From Candidatus Saccharimonadia bacterium (lineage in GTDB: Bacteria > Patescibacteriota > Saccharimonadia > Saccharimonadales > JALRHH01), in assembly GCA_023253175.1 (NCBI GenBank), contig JALRHH010000002.1, forward strand, positions 320,199 through 384,198: a DNA stretch of 64,000 nt, in the 5' to 3' direction. Below are positions 45,097 through 56,769 of this stretch, one piece after another. A model generated the notes under the pieces. The model had not been told where the DNA came from. It saw only the letters and a program-made list of their open reading frames with translations, and did no database searches. Both the position numbers and the translations under genes were made by a program. How positions within the stretch are numbered: position 1 is the first letter of the stretch; each line of letters begins with the position of its first letter.

Positions 45097-45438
45097 TTAC
45101 TTAGCTGACTTTACGACAGCTTCGAATGCCTTTGGCTCGTTAACTGCAAGTTCTGCGAGAACTTTACGGTCAAGTGAAACATTAGCTTTCTTGAGACCAG
45201 CAATTAGACGGCTGTAGGTTGTGCCGTGCAAACGAGCACCAGCGTTAATACGGGTGTTCCATAGCTGGCGGAAAGTTCGCTTGCGGTCCTTGCGGTCGCG
45301 AGTAGCGTTTTCCATTGCTTTAACGATAGCTTGCTTACCGCGCTTGATGCTTGAGCGGTTACTGCGGGTCATGCCCTTAGTAGCTGATCGAATCTTGTTG
45401 TGCTTTGCGCGTGATGTTACGCCTCTTTTAACTCGCAT
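45097..45438 (-). CDS. rplT: 50S ribosomal protein L20
   Basis: MRVKRGVTSRAKHNKIRSATKG... Confidence 0.95.
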   Translation of the reverse strand: MRVKRGVTSRAKHNKIRSATKGMTRSNRSSIKRGKQAIVKAMENATRDRKDRKRTFRQLWNTRINAGARLHGTTYSRLIAGLKKANVSLDRKVLAELAVNEPKAFEAVVKSAK

Positions 45439-45441
45439 GTC

Positions 45442-45636
45442 CTATTTTCCAATCTTCGCTTTGACGTTCTTAGCCATCTTGCCAACGATACCGCCAGATA
45501 CGGCGTAGCGGCGCTTGCGTGCTGCTGACTTCTTGGCAAGAAGGTGGTTGCTGCCGGCGTGGCCGTGCATAACCTTACCATTCTTGGTGACGCGGATACG
45601 GTCTTTCGTTCCGCTATGATTCTTTAGTTTTGGCAT
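45442..45636 (-). CDS. rpmI: 50S ribosomal protein L35
   Basis: MPKLKNHSGTKDRIRVTKNGKVMH... Confidence 0.95.
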   Translation of the reverse strand: MPKLKNHSGTKDRIRVTKNGKVMHGHAGSNHLLAKKSAARKRRYAVSGGIVGKMAKNVKAKIGK

Positions 45637-46144
45637 TCGTGTTACTCCTTATAACAAAACTTAGCTGTTTGCCTGATAGTTGAGGTTTCTGGTCGACGAT
45701 GATCGTCTCACCGAAGCTCTCGATAACCTTATCGGCTAACTTAAATCCTAGATCTTTGTGTGCGTTTTCGCGTCCACGATAGAACACGGTTAGCTTAACT
45801 TTGTGGCCAGCATCTAGGAACTTGGTCACTTTGCCGAGCTTGACCCCAAGGTCATGCTCGCCGATCTTCATCCCAAAGCGCATCTGCTTTACCTCAAGGG
45901 CTTTTGCATTCATACGGCTTTTTGATTGCTGCTTTGTCTTCTGGTAGTTGTATTTACCCCAATCGACAATTTTGCAAACAGGTGGATCAGCGTTCGGCGA
46001 CACTTCTACCAGGTCAAGTCCACGTTCTGCTGCAAGATCTAACGCCTCTCGTTTTGACAGCACGCCAAGCTGGCTTCCGTCTTCATCGATAACACGTACG
46101 TTTGCTGCTCGAATTGCCCCATTCAAGCGTGTGGTCTGACTGAT
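45614..46144 (-). CDS. infC: translation initiation factor IF-3, probable non-canonical ATC start
   Basis: NGAIRAANVRVIDEDGSQLGV... The in-frame ATC at 46144 lies 7 nt after AGGAG (46156-46152). The ORF-track TTG at 46126 has no SD. Confidence 0.85.
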   Translation of the reverse strand: MSQTTRLNGAIRAANVRVIDEDGSQLGVLSKREALDLAAERGLDLVEVSPNADPPVCKIVDWGKYNYQKTKQQSKSRMNAKALEVKQMRFGMKIGEHDLGVKLGKVTKFLDAGHKVKLTVFYRGRENAHKDLGFKLADKVIESFGETIIVDQKPQLSGKQLSFVIRSNTNAKTKES

Positions 46145-46231
46145 ATTAGTGCTCCTATGCGTTGTTAATAGCTAATCTCGGAAATTGTAACAGATTACAC
46201 AACAGAGGTCAACTATTTGGCTGCCATTGTT

Positions 46232-47749
46232 CTACACACTGGTGGTTTGGCGGCGGTATTGGAGGGCTTCGGTGATGTGCGGTAGTTCTATGGTTTTGGA
46301 ATCATCTAGATCTGCAATTGTTCGGGCGACTTTGACGATTCGCATATAGGCCCGGGCAGAGATGTTGAGTTTGGCACTTGCCGTATCAAGTAGTTGCTTG
46401 GCGGCAGGGGATAATCCGGCCAAGGATTTAAGCTGTTTGTTATTGAGTGCTGAATTGACGAGCATTGGGTCACCATGGCGTTGTTTCTGTAAGTTCCTGG
46501 CCCGAAGCACTCGTTCTCTGATCTTGGCGCTTGGCTCAGCCTTGCTATCCTGCATTAGTGAGGCGTGCTCGACCTCATCAACGTCGACATAAAGATCAAT
46601 ACGGTCCAGGATTGGTCCAGATAATTTCTTCTGGTACCGAATGATATCGGTTGGCGTGCAGCTGCAGGCTTTTGTGCTGCCGTAATAACCACAAGGACAC
46701 GGGTTGGCGGTGGCGATCAGCATAAAATGTGCAGGGAAGACTAAGGTATCCTTGGCTCTGGCTACCGTAATGATTTTGTCTTCGAGTGGCTGCCTCAGCG
46801 CCTCAAGTGTGTGGCGTGAATATTCTGGTAGCTCGTCGAATAAGAGGATTCCGCGGTGACTGAGGCTAATTTCGCCTGGTCTTGGATGTTGTCCGCCGCC
46901 GAGGATCGATACCTCACTGGCAGTATGATGTGGTGATCGGAATGGCCTGTCATATATGACTTGGTCGTACTGCCTGCTGGCGAGGCTGTGAAGATGTGTT
47001 ACTTCTAGTATCTCTTCGAGTTCGAGTGGTGGTAGGATCGAGGACATGGCCTTGGCGAGCATGCTTTTGCCGGTTCCGGGCGGTCCGCTTAGGAGGCTGT
47101 TATGTCCACCTGCGGCGGCGATCTCAAGGGCTCGCTTAGCTCTGGCCTGGCCAACGACTTCGCCGAAATCATGATTACTTATGTTGGTTTCGCGCCTACT
47201 GTCACGAGCGCTGCCGCTCTGCACTGGGCTAATAGGTGTCGTGCCGCTTGCGTGCATATAGAAGCCCCGAAGTGACGATACTGGCATCAGCTCTATCCCT
47301 GGGACGAGGTTCGCCTGTGTCATGTTGTCTTGGGGGATAAAGAATTTTGTATATCCAAGAGAGCGGGCGGCCAGTAACTTTCCAATAATACCTCTAACTG
47401 GGCGTACTGAACCGTCGAGGCCGAGCTCGCCAATAACGATTGCATCATCAAGGCCAACTGGCTTTATTTGATTACTTGCGAGTAGTATTACCGCTGCCAT
47501 GGCGAGGTCAAAACTGGTGCCATCTTTCGGTATATCGGCAGGTGCGAGGTTAAGGGTTATGCGCTTTTTCGGTAGATCCACCTTTGCCTCAGAGAAGGCG
47601 CTCCTGATGCGTTCTTTTGCTTCGTCGATGGCTCTGTTGCCAAATCCAACGACCGTGATATTCGGTAGTCCATTAGATATATGGCACTCGATATCAATTC
47701 GTGTACCCTGAAGTCCTGAGTCTATGATGGTAGAAACAGCGGCGCCCAT
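46232..47749 (-). CDS. comM: Mg-chelatase-like AAA+ protein YifB/ComM
   Basis: Lon-like N-terminus, GPPGTGKSMLAKAM, ChlI-type core, C-terminal helical domain. Confidence 0.9.
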   Translation of the reverse strand: MGAAVSTIIDSGLQGTRIDIECHISNGLPNITVVGFGNRAIDEAKERIRSAFSEAKVDLPKKRITLNLAPADIPKDGTSFDLAMAAVILLASNQIKPVGLDDAIVIGELGLDGSVRPVRGIIGKLLAARSLGYTKFFIPQDNMTQANLVPGIELMPVSSLRGFYMHASGTTPISPVQSGSARDSRRETNISNHDFGEVVGQARAKRALEIAAAGGHNSLLSGPPGTGKSMLAKAMSSILPPLELEEILEVTHLHSLASRQYDQVIYDRPFRSPHHTASEVSILGGGQHPRPGEISLSHRGILLFDELPEYSRHTLEALRQPLEDKIITVARAKDTLVFPAHFMLIATANPCPCGYYGSTKACSCTPTDIIRYQKKLSGPILDRIDLYVDVDEVEHASLMQDSKAEPSAKIRERVLRARNLQKQRHGDPMLVNSALNNKQLKSLAGLSPAAKQLLDTASAKLNISARAYMRIVKVARTIADLDDSKTIELPHITEALQYRRQTTSV

Positions 47750-48507
47750 GCCTGATATTCTACAGCTAGTTAACTAAAAACAATAGCGGTAACATTATAT
47801 AAAAAACAGATGACCCGTGGGTAGGGTCATCTGTAGGATGTTTTTCTATGATTTTTGTTTAAGACTTTCTTGGTATTCGGTATCCCGTCGTCCCTATTAT
47901 AGTTGGGACAACGGTTTGCGAGAAACCGTTGTCACCAGAGAAGTCTTTTTGTTTTTGAGCACTTTTTTTGTTCGGTGCTACCCCTATAATAGGTAGCCAT
48001 AACCGTCTTGTCAACACTGATTTTCGGTAATTTATGGCTATTTTGTGGTACAGGGGTGGGGAAGTGATAACTAATGGGCGCTTACTAAGCTGATGGCGGC
48101 TCTGGTGTGTTCGGTTTGCGTAACGTTCTGGGAGCATTGCTATTGGGAAGGCTAAGCGCTTGGCTTACGGTGTGTAGATTTAGTAGTAAATTCGGCATAT
48201 ATATTCAGAAAAATGCTTTGTGATCCGTGGGCCCAGAAGCCTTCATATGGCCTTTATGGATCGTAATTTTAATCTTTGTGTATTCATTTTGAGGGTTGTT
48301 ATTTTGTATTTTCTAGGCCTGCATTTGACGATGGAGATGCCTCCCAACTGGCTATGTTAAGCGAAACGTATGTAGAATATTGTACATATAATGAAACAAA
48401 TAGTAATGGAATTATGTTGTTTATATATCAACAAATGTAAATCACGTTTGCAGATGTATTTTATCTAATTCAAGGTGTATCGTTGTTATGAATACAATGT
48501 ATTTTTA

Positions 48508-48730
48508 TTGACATAGTGACTGATATTTGCTAGTATGTTTGTGTAAGCCAAAAACAAAAACTTACAAATCTACGGCATATGCCGATATCGCTCTCACTAT
48601 GAGAGCGGTCAGTCACAGCAAGCGACGATAAGCGCCCTAATAGTCTATTTTAAAGCGGCGGATTTATCGTCCTTGCACCACGTTTATTATCAACCGAGCA
48701 TCGTGTCCACAGCGATGCTTTTTAATTTTT
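48508..48730 (+). ncRNA. promoter- and terminator-bounded structured RNA candidate (about 180 nt)
   Basis: TTGACA (48508-48513), 17 nt, then TAGTAT (48531-48536). Hairpins CGGCATATGCCG, CGCTCTC/GAGAGCG and GCAAG-C-GACGATAA...TTATCGTCCTTGC. Terminator AGCATCG-9 nt-CGATGCT plus TTTTTAATTTTT (48697-48730). Confidence 0.5.
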
Positions 48731-48826
48731 ATAAGCTTTGCACACAAAATATTTCTGAGGCAGGGGATGGGCACTACGGCCATCGTTTTAGCTAATCTAT
48801 TAGCCAGTTCCTGTATACTTTAATTA

Positions 48827-49186
48827 ATGGATGCTTTACCGCTAAAACATAAATACACCAAAATTGGCGCAGTAATTGGTCTGTATCTATTCGGACCTGT
48901 CTTTTTCTCGCTGACGGATCCTAATGCCCTGCCACTTCCTTTATTAATATTGCCATTTATATGGTTGTTCGCTGCACTTTTTGTGACGGTGATACTTTTG
49001 CTGAAATATAAGACGAACGCTTCTGGTAAGCAGTCCAGAATTATTGCTTCGTTATTTGCTTCGTTGATTGTGCTACTGTGCGTCTTTCAGTCGATCCACC
49101 AGCTATCTGTTCGTGATGTGGCGATAAGTCTCGCGATTATTGGTATTGCTGCGCTATATCTCATGCGCGCAGACTTTATTAAATAA
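48827..49186 (+). CDS. small membrane protein
   Basis: 119 aa with about four TM helices. TATACT (48814-48819) lies 7 nt before the ATG and there is no SD. Confidence 0.55.
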   Translation: MDALPLKHKYTKIGAVIGLYLFGPVFFSLTDPNALPLPLLILPFIWLFAALFVTVILLLKYKTNASGKQSRIIASLFASLIVLLCVFQSIHQLSVRDVAISLAIIGIAALYLMRADFIK

Positions 49187-49244
49187 TCCTGGAAGTCTAC
49201 TACTGTGAAAACACCATAGGTACTGATATACTTTAGATTAGATT

Positions 49245-49649
49245 ATGGAACACAAAGTTAGTAATGAACTGCCACCAATTCAAGGTGAGAGTATGCCAGG
49301 CCAGGATGTGTCGCAGGGTGAGGCCCTCCGTCCGGAGGTTGTAAGTGAGCAGCAAGCAGCGCAAGCCGTTGAGGCGCCCGCTGTTCAGGCTGTTCCGCCC
49401 CAGTATCAAGTTCCAGTGCCTCCTCAGCAGATAGCTCAAGATCCAGCTGCCCCTGGAGCGGCCCCATCAGGCCTGCCCGTTATAGCTGATGACGCTGATC
49501 TGATTGAAAAGGAGTGGGTCGAGAAGGCGAAGGAGATTGTGGCCCGCACAAGGCAAGATCCATATCTTCAAAACAAAGAGGTTGAGCGAATGAAAGCTGA
49601 TTATATGAAAAAAAGATATAACAAAGACATACGGGTAACGGAAGACTAG
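49245..49649 (+). CDS. hypothetical protein (Pro/Gln/Ala-rich N-terminus, charged helical C-terminus)
   Basis: 134-aa ORF upstream of the T4CP-like ATPase. Confidence 0.5.
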   Translation: MEHKVSNELPPIQGESMPGQDVSQGEALRPEVVSEQQAAQAVEAPAVQAVPPQYQVPVPPQQIAQDPAAPGAAPSGLPVIADDADLIEKEWVEKAKEIVARTRQDPYLQNKEVERMKADYMKKRYNKDIRVTED

Positions 49650-49653
49650 CTAC

Positions 49654-52557
49654 GTGGCAACATTTCTCTTTATATTAATCGTATTCCTCGTATTGGTGCT
49701 GATCGCGGCACCAATTATCTTCTTGCAGGTCCGTAAGGTATTCCGTGAACAAAAGAACTTCGAGCGTGGCCTTAAGATGGTACCAATGCTTATTCATTTG
49801 CCGCCAATCAGCGAAGATATTGACGGTGGTGGCCGTGATGCCCGTGACATAACAGAGGAAAACATTTCTAAAGCGCAGGTGATGTATAGCATTATCGCCA
49901 GCACGGTAACAAAGGGTCGTAAGAGTAAATTCTACGGCCAGCGTCATTTCGCATTTGAGATCGTTGGTATTAAAGGTTTTGTATACTACTACGCTGCAGT
50001 CCCTGTATCTCTTGTTGAAATCGTGAAGCAAGCAGTCGTTAGTGCCTATCCCTCTGCCAGGTTAGAAGAGGTTACGGAACACAATATCTTTAGCCCGGTA
50101 GGAAAGATCAGCGGCACAATTGGTGGTGAACTGACACTTAAGAAAGACTTCGCATATCCAATTGCAACCTATCAGGAGCTAAAGCGAGATGCGATGTCGT
50201 CACTTCTTAATTCATTGGCTAACCTAGAGAAAGAGGATGGGGTCGGTATCCAGATTTTGATGCGTCCCGCGCACGAGGGCTGGACTAAAACCTCGACAGG
50301 AATTTCCAGCAAGAAGCGAAAAGGCAAAGAGAGTAAGGGCGCTAAGGCTGCTGCTGGATGGTGGGTTAAGCAGCTTGCGACGGCAGCCGTAAAACCGCCT
50401 GAAGACAAGGGCGGCGGTGGGGGCGACAGCGGCCCGCAACTATCAAGCCTAGAGCAATCTACGCTTGATGCAATTGATGATAAGACAAGGCACGCCGGAT
50501 TCGAGACAGTAATCCGCGTCGTGGCATCATCTAATATCTCTCAGCGCGCTGATGCGATTCTACGTAACGTTGTTGCGTCATTTGCCTTATTTGATGCACC
50601 TGGCAAAAACGGTTTTAAATACACTCCAGCAAAAGACATGGAGCGTTTCGTAACGTCGTATATACTGCGCTTCTTCCCGCAAGAGAATAATAAGAGCATT
50701 CTTAATAGTGTAGAACTCGCCACCTTATTCCACTTCCCAGATCAGCGGAGTATTCCGACCTCACAGCTCGAGCGTCAGGGCAGTAAGCAAACAGATGGAC
50801 CTCGCAACATCTCTGATGATGGTCTCTTGCTCGGCTATAACGTCTTCCGCGGCGTTAAAAAGCCGATTCGTTTGTCGTTAGAGGATCGTCGCCGACATCT
50901 GTATGTTGTTGGACAGACCGGTGTAGGTAAATCTGTATTCCTAGAGAATATGGCGTTCCAGGACATGATCGAGGGTAGGGGCTTTGCGTTCGTTGATCCG
51001 CACGGTGATACCGCAGAGACACTGCTTTCTTTGGTACCGCGTGAACGAACCGAAGACGTTATTTACTTCAGCCCAGCTGACATGGAATACCCAATGGGGC
51101 TCAACTTGTTCGAGTTTGACGACAAGACGCAGCAGGACTTCTTGATTCAGGAAGCAATTAACATGCTCTATAAACTCTACGACCCGCAGCGCCAAGGTAT
51201 TATTGGCCCTCGGTATGAGCACTGGTTCCGCATGGCTGCTAAAACCGTTATGGCAAATCCAGAGGGTGGTACGTTTATTGATATTCCGAAGGTATTTACT
51301 GACAGTAAATACGCCAAAGACCTCTTGGCTCACCTCGATGATCAGGTTGTGCTCGATTTCTGGAACAAGGAAATGGCCCAGACGAGTGATTACCACAAGT
51401 CAGAGGTGCTTGGATGGTTCGTATCAAAATTTGGCGCCTTCATGGCGAACGATATGATGCGTAATATTATTGGCCAGAGCAAGAGCTCATTCAGCCTTCG
51501 TGATGTGATGGATAATAAGAAGATCCTACTTGTTAACCTGAGTAAGGGTAGAACGGGTGAGCTTAACTCTAAGCTGCTTGGTATGATATTTGTCATGAAG
51601 TTCCAGGCGGCTGCGATGAGCCGTGCGAATATCCCTGAGTCGGAGCGTCAAGACTTCTGTCTGTATGTTGATGAGTTCCAGAACTTCTCTACGGACTCGT
51701 TTGCGACAATCCTGTCAGAGGCTCGAAAATTCCGCTTGAACCTTATCGTGGCCAACCAGTTTACCACGCAGCTTACAGATGAAATTCGTGATGCGGTGTT
51801 TGGTAACGTTGGTTCAATGGCATCATTCCGTGTCGGTGCTGATGCTGATGCTGATGCGCTCAGTAAGAAGTTCCAGCCAATCTTTGATCGTGATGACATC
51901 CTACGTGTGCCTAACTTTAATACCATTTCTCAGATCCTAGTTGGTGGTATTCCAACGCAGCCGTTTAGTATGGCAACCTTGCCTCCGCTCGGTAATCCAA
52001 ATCCAAAGCTTGGGCAGGCGCTGCGTCAGCTTTCTGCGGTTAAGTATGGTCGACCTAAGGCTACTGTTGAATCAGAGATATTTGGTCGTCTGGCTACCAA
52101 GGAAGAGCCTAAGCCTGCCTTTGGTAGCGGTAATCCATTTGGTGGTGGTGCAGCGCCAAGGCCAGGTGTAGCGGCTCCTGGGGCGCCTCGACCAGCTGCG
52201 GGGCCTGCTCCTGCTGCCGGTGGATCGTCATTCCTTGACGAATGGCTTGCTAAGCGAAAGGCCGCTCCTGCTGCCGGTGCTCAGCCATCACTTCCAGTGC
52301 AACCGAAGCCCGTTCCGAGTACACCTTCTGCACCTGTAAATCCTGTTCCTCAGCCTACTTCAGCAGCGCCTGCTGATCAGAACGCAAACATATCAAGTGG
52401 CGCTATCGAACAGCAAGAGGTTACGACCATCGCCCATGAGTTAAAGCAGCAGCTCAAACAGCCTGCTCCTGCTTCTCAGGTTCAGGACGCATCAGCACAG
52501 CAGAAGGATAAGGACACCATTCAAATTGATCAGGATGGTACGCTCCGTCTTAGGTAA
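49654..52557 (+). CDS. VirD4/TraG/TraD-like type IV secretion coupling-protein-family ATPase
   Basis: N-terminal TM helix, Walker A VVGQTGVGKSVF, Walker B CLYVDEFQNF, ARKFRLNLIVANQFTTQL, and a long Pro/Ala-rich C-terminal tail. GTG start. Confidence 0.7.
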   Translation: MATFLFILIVFLVLVLIAAPIIFLQVRKVFREQKNFERGLKMVPMLIHLPPISEDIDGGGRDARDITEENISKAQVMYSIIASTVTKGRKSKFYGQRHFAFEIVGIKGFVYYYAAVPVSLVEIVKQAVVSAYPSARLEEVTEHNIFSPVGKISGTIGGELTLKKDFAYPIATYQELKRDAMSSLLNSLANLEKEDGVGIQILMRPAHEGWTKTSTGISSKKRKGKESKGAKAAAGWWVKQLATAAVKPPEDKGGGGGDSGPQLSSLEQSTLDAIDDKTRHAGFETVIRVVASSNISQRADAILRNVVASFALFDAPGKNGFKYTPAKDMERFVTSYILRFFPQENNKSILNSVELATLFHFPDQRSIPTSQLERQGSKQTDGPRNISDDGLLLGYNVFRGVKKPIRLSLEDRRRHLYVVGQTGVGKSVFLENMAFQDMIEGRGFAFVDPHGDTAETLLSLVPRERTEDVIYFSPADMEYPMGLNLFEFDDKTQQDFLIQEAINMLYKLYDPQRQGIIGPRYEHWFRMAAKTVMANPEGGTFIDIPKVFTDSKYAKDLLAHLDDQVVLDFWNKEMAQTSDYHKSEVLGWFVSKFGAFMANDMMRNIIGQSKSSFSLRDVMDNKKILLVNLSKGRTGELNSKLLGMIFVMKFQAAAMSRANIPESERQDFCLYVDEFQNFSTDSFATILSEARKFRLNLIVANQFTTQLTDEIRDAVFGNVGSMASFRVGADADADALSKKFQPIFDRDDILRVPNFNTISQILVGGIPTQPFSMATLPPLGNPNPKLGQALRQLSAVKYGRPKATVESEIFGRLATKEEPKPAFGSGNPFGGGAAPRPGVAAPGAPRPAAGPAPAAGGSSFLDEWLAKRKAAPAAGAQPSLPVQPKPVPSTPSAPVNPVPQPTSAAPADQNANISSGAIEQQEVTTIAHELKQQLKQPAPASQVQDASAQQKDKDTIQIDQDGTLRLR

Positions 52558-52565
52558 TAGGTTGG

Positions 52566-53126
52566 CTAGCGTTTGCGTCGAAGTGCTTTTACGAGAAGCT
52601 CGGCGAGTGCCCCGACAAAGAATCCGCCTATAAACAGCACAAAGAACACGGTGTAGTTATAAGTAAAGCCATTGTGTTTACTTATATATAAGAGTGCTGC
52701 GCTGCCTATGAAGGCGCCAATGCTTCCGCCAAGCAGTACACTGGGTCTTGCGACGGTCTTTGCTGCAGCGTTGCTAACGGCATCAACGACTGGCTGATGA
52801 ATAACCTTACTCATTACGCGTTCGGGTGCTTTCAAGCTGCCTTGTATATTCTTGACTGAGCGCTTGTAGGCATCGGCCTTGAGATGTTTAGGATGACCAA
52901 AGGTCTGCTGTGAGGATTCGGTTGTCTTGTCACCGACATTTAATTCTTTGCCGCTGATTGACTGCTGCTCAACACTTTTGCTGAGTGATTCGATATGCTT
53001 TTGAATCGGATCATTCTCGGCTGCTTCGGCCTTTTCGCGGAGCTTCTCTAGGTTCTTTTGAACTTCTGCCGAGGTATCAATACTTTGCAACTTCTCGCCG
53101 CCACTTGAAGATAATTTCTCACTCAT
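52566..53126 (-). CDS. tail-anchored membrane protein
   Basis: Charged helical N-terminus and two C-terminal TM helices. Confidence 0.55.
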   Translation of the reverse strand: MSEKLSSSGGEKLQSIDTSAEVQKNLEKLREKAEAAENDPIQKHIESLSKSVEQQSISGKELNVGDKTTESSQQTFGHPKHLKADAYKRSVKNIQGSLKAPERVMSKVIHQPVVDAVSNAAAKTVARPSVLLGGSIGAFIGSAALLYISKHNGFTYNYTVFFVLFIGGFFVGALAELLVKALRRKR

Positions 53127-53129
53127 AGT

Positions 53130-54611
53130 TTAGTAGCCTCCTGCGCTTGCAAAATCAGATCGTACAATATCGATTTCTTTAGCAAGCAGACGACTGCGGG
53201 CAAAGAAGTAAGCGACGACGACGGTCAGTGTGAATCCAACAGCAAGGGAAGTCCCTGGACCGGTGTTGGGCAGGGTAGTCGTAGCAATTTCAACTTGCTT
53301 GCTGACACTCGGCGGGAGCTTAATATTCACAGTGTTACCATAAACGTTTGTCATCATCATGTCATAGTGCATTGGATCGGTTGCTGATGCCGGGGTGTTT
53401 GGTAATACGTCTTTGATTTTCACGGTAATCTTGTTGGTAATGGTCTGGCCTTTTTTGATGTCAGTTTTAGCCCACGTTACGATGTCATACTGGCCTTTGG
53501 TTCCACCGTGTAGGTCAACGATGTCCGCGTAATCTAGCACATCGCCAAGTGGTTCGTTAACCTGGTATCCCTTGATCGTAATCTCGCCGCCATTTGTAGT
53601 GGTAAGGGTGTATTCAATTACATCGCCAGGCTCGGCGGTTGTGCCATCGGCATTTGCGATGTTTTGGGTGACGTTTCGGGCTGTTTTCTTATAGCCAAGA
53701 CAGGCGGTGAGGTCATCATTTGTCTGGGCTGCTTCACAGGCCTTACATTCATCCTCGCTGTTTTGCGTACCAGGCTTGTCTGGGCACACATCACAATCTT
53801 TCTTGTCTGTCTGGATGCCACTGCGGTTCGGGCAGACGTCACAGTCTAGGGTAGATGTTTGGGTGCCTGTTTTATTTGGGCACACATCACAGGTGGCAGT
53901 TTTCTGAATACCGGTCTTATTTGGACAGAGGTCACAACTCTTTTCGTCCTTCTGTACGCCTGGCTTATTTGGGCAGACGTCACAATCTTCTGGCTTGGTC
54001 TGTGTTCCAGGGATATTGTCACAGACGTCGAGCTGTCGAGCTGGTGGTGGGGTAGGTATACCAATCGATACCAGGTTGCCACAACCAAATAGGATGTACT
54101 GTGTCTGACCTCTACTATCTTTAACTTTTAGTGCCTTGTAAGATGGCTCGTGGTTAAGGCTCCAGAAGTGGCGAACAAACAATGTGCCGACGCCTGGTAC
54201 ACGGACCGGTGTTTCTCCTTTGACGCCGAATGCTTGACGTCCCATAGAGTAGAGCCGGCCGTTATGATCACGTGGTTTGATTGAAGTAACCTCTGCATCG
54301 GAGATGCTTTCACAGGTAATGCCAAAGTGATTCATGATTTGTTTGAAGTCTTGGGTATTTTTGCGGCAGTGATTAACAGCCTCGGCTTTAGTGCTGAATC
54401 CTCCATTGATAAGATCCGTGTTTGGGCTCGCCTGGAGCGAGGACTGGGGAGGGGATATAACGGCAAACATTTGAATCACCATCGCGAGTGCAAGCAGGAT
54501 AAAGCCGCTGCGGCGGATGGCTGTTTCGCGGTGCAGGCGCTGCGAATAGAAAGAAACCTGTCCGATAAGACTAGGGTTGAAGGGGAGATTGCTGAGTAGT
54601 TTTTTGTACAT
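53130..54611 (-). CDS. LPXTG-type cell-surface protein with CxxCP tandem repeats
   Basis: N-terminal TM/signal, six CD(V/L)CPN(K/R)xGxQ repeats, a DUF11-like beta domain, then LPNTGPG followed by a hydrophobic helix and ARSR. Confidence 0.75.
   Translation of the reverse strand: MYKKLLSNLPFNPSLIGQVSFYSQRLHRETAIRRSGFILLALAMVIQMFAVISPPQSSLQASPNTDLINGGFSTKAEAVNHCRKNTQDFKQIMNHFGITCESISDAEVTSIKPRDHNGRLYSMGRQAFGVKGETPVRVPGVGTLFVRHFWSLNHEPSYKALKVKDSRGQTQYILFGCGNLVSIGIPTPPPARQLDVCDNIPGTQTKPEDCDVCPNKPGVQKDEKSCDLCPNKTGIQKTATCDVCPNKTGTQTSTLDCDVCPNRSGIQTDKKDCDVCPDKPGTQNSEDECKACEAAQTNDDLTACLGYKKTARNVTQNIANADGTTAEPGDVIEYTLTTTNGGEITIKGYQVNEPLGDVLDYADIVDLHGGTKGQYDIVTWAKTDIKKGQTITNKITVKIKDVLPNTPASATDPMHYDMMMTNVYGNTVNIKLPPSVSKQVEIATTTLPNTGPGTSLAVGFTLTVVVAYFFARSRLLAKEIDIVRSDFASAGGY
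53736..54032 (-). repeat. six tandem 45-48-nt coding repeats (CxxCP units)
   Basis: LDVCDNIPGTQTKPED / CDVCPNKPGVQKDEKS / CDLCPNKTGIQKTAT / CDVCPNKTGTQTSTLD / CDVCPNRSGIQTDKKD / CDVCPDKPGTQNSEDE. Confidence 0.85.
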
Positions 54612-54779
54612 TTTGATGGTGCTTTTTATATATGGTAATGCTTACTTATATTGAACCATAAAATACAACAACAGTTCAATAGGGAAAACTTATTTTTCTT
54701 AAGAAGGGTGACCGGTGTTAAATGCTTGTAGCCTCGCATAAAACTGTTTATAATAGCCCTTAAGTGTGGCAAAAGCTAA

Positions 54780-56768
<1,989 letters not shown>

Positions 56769-56769
56769 G

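Noticed and set aside
47859-48137. 92-aa minus-strand ORF in the comM-downstream non-coding region
   Set aside because: It has no RBS, its composition is odd and low-complexity, and it overlaps several strong hairpins. It is probably not coding.
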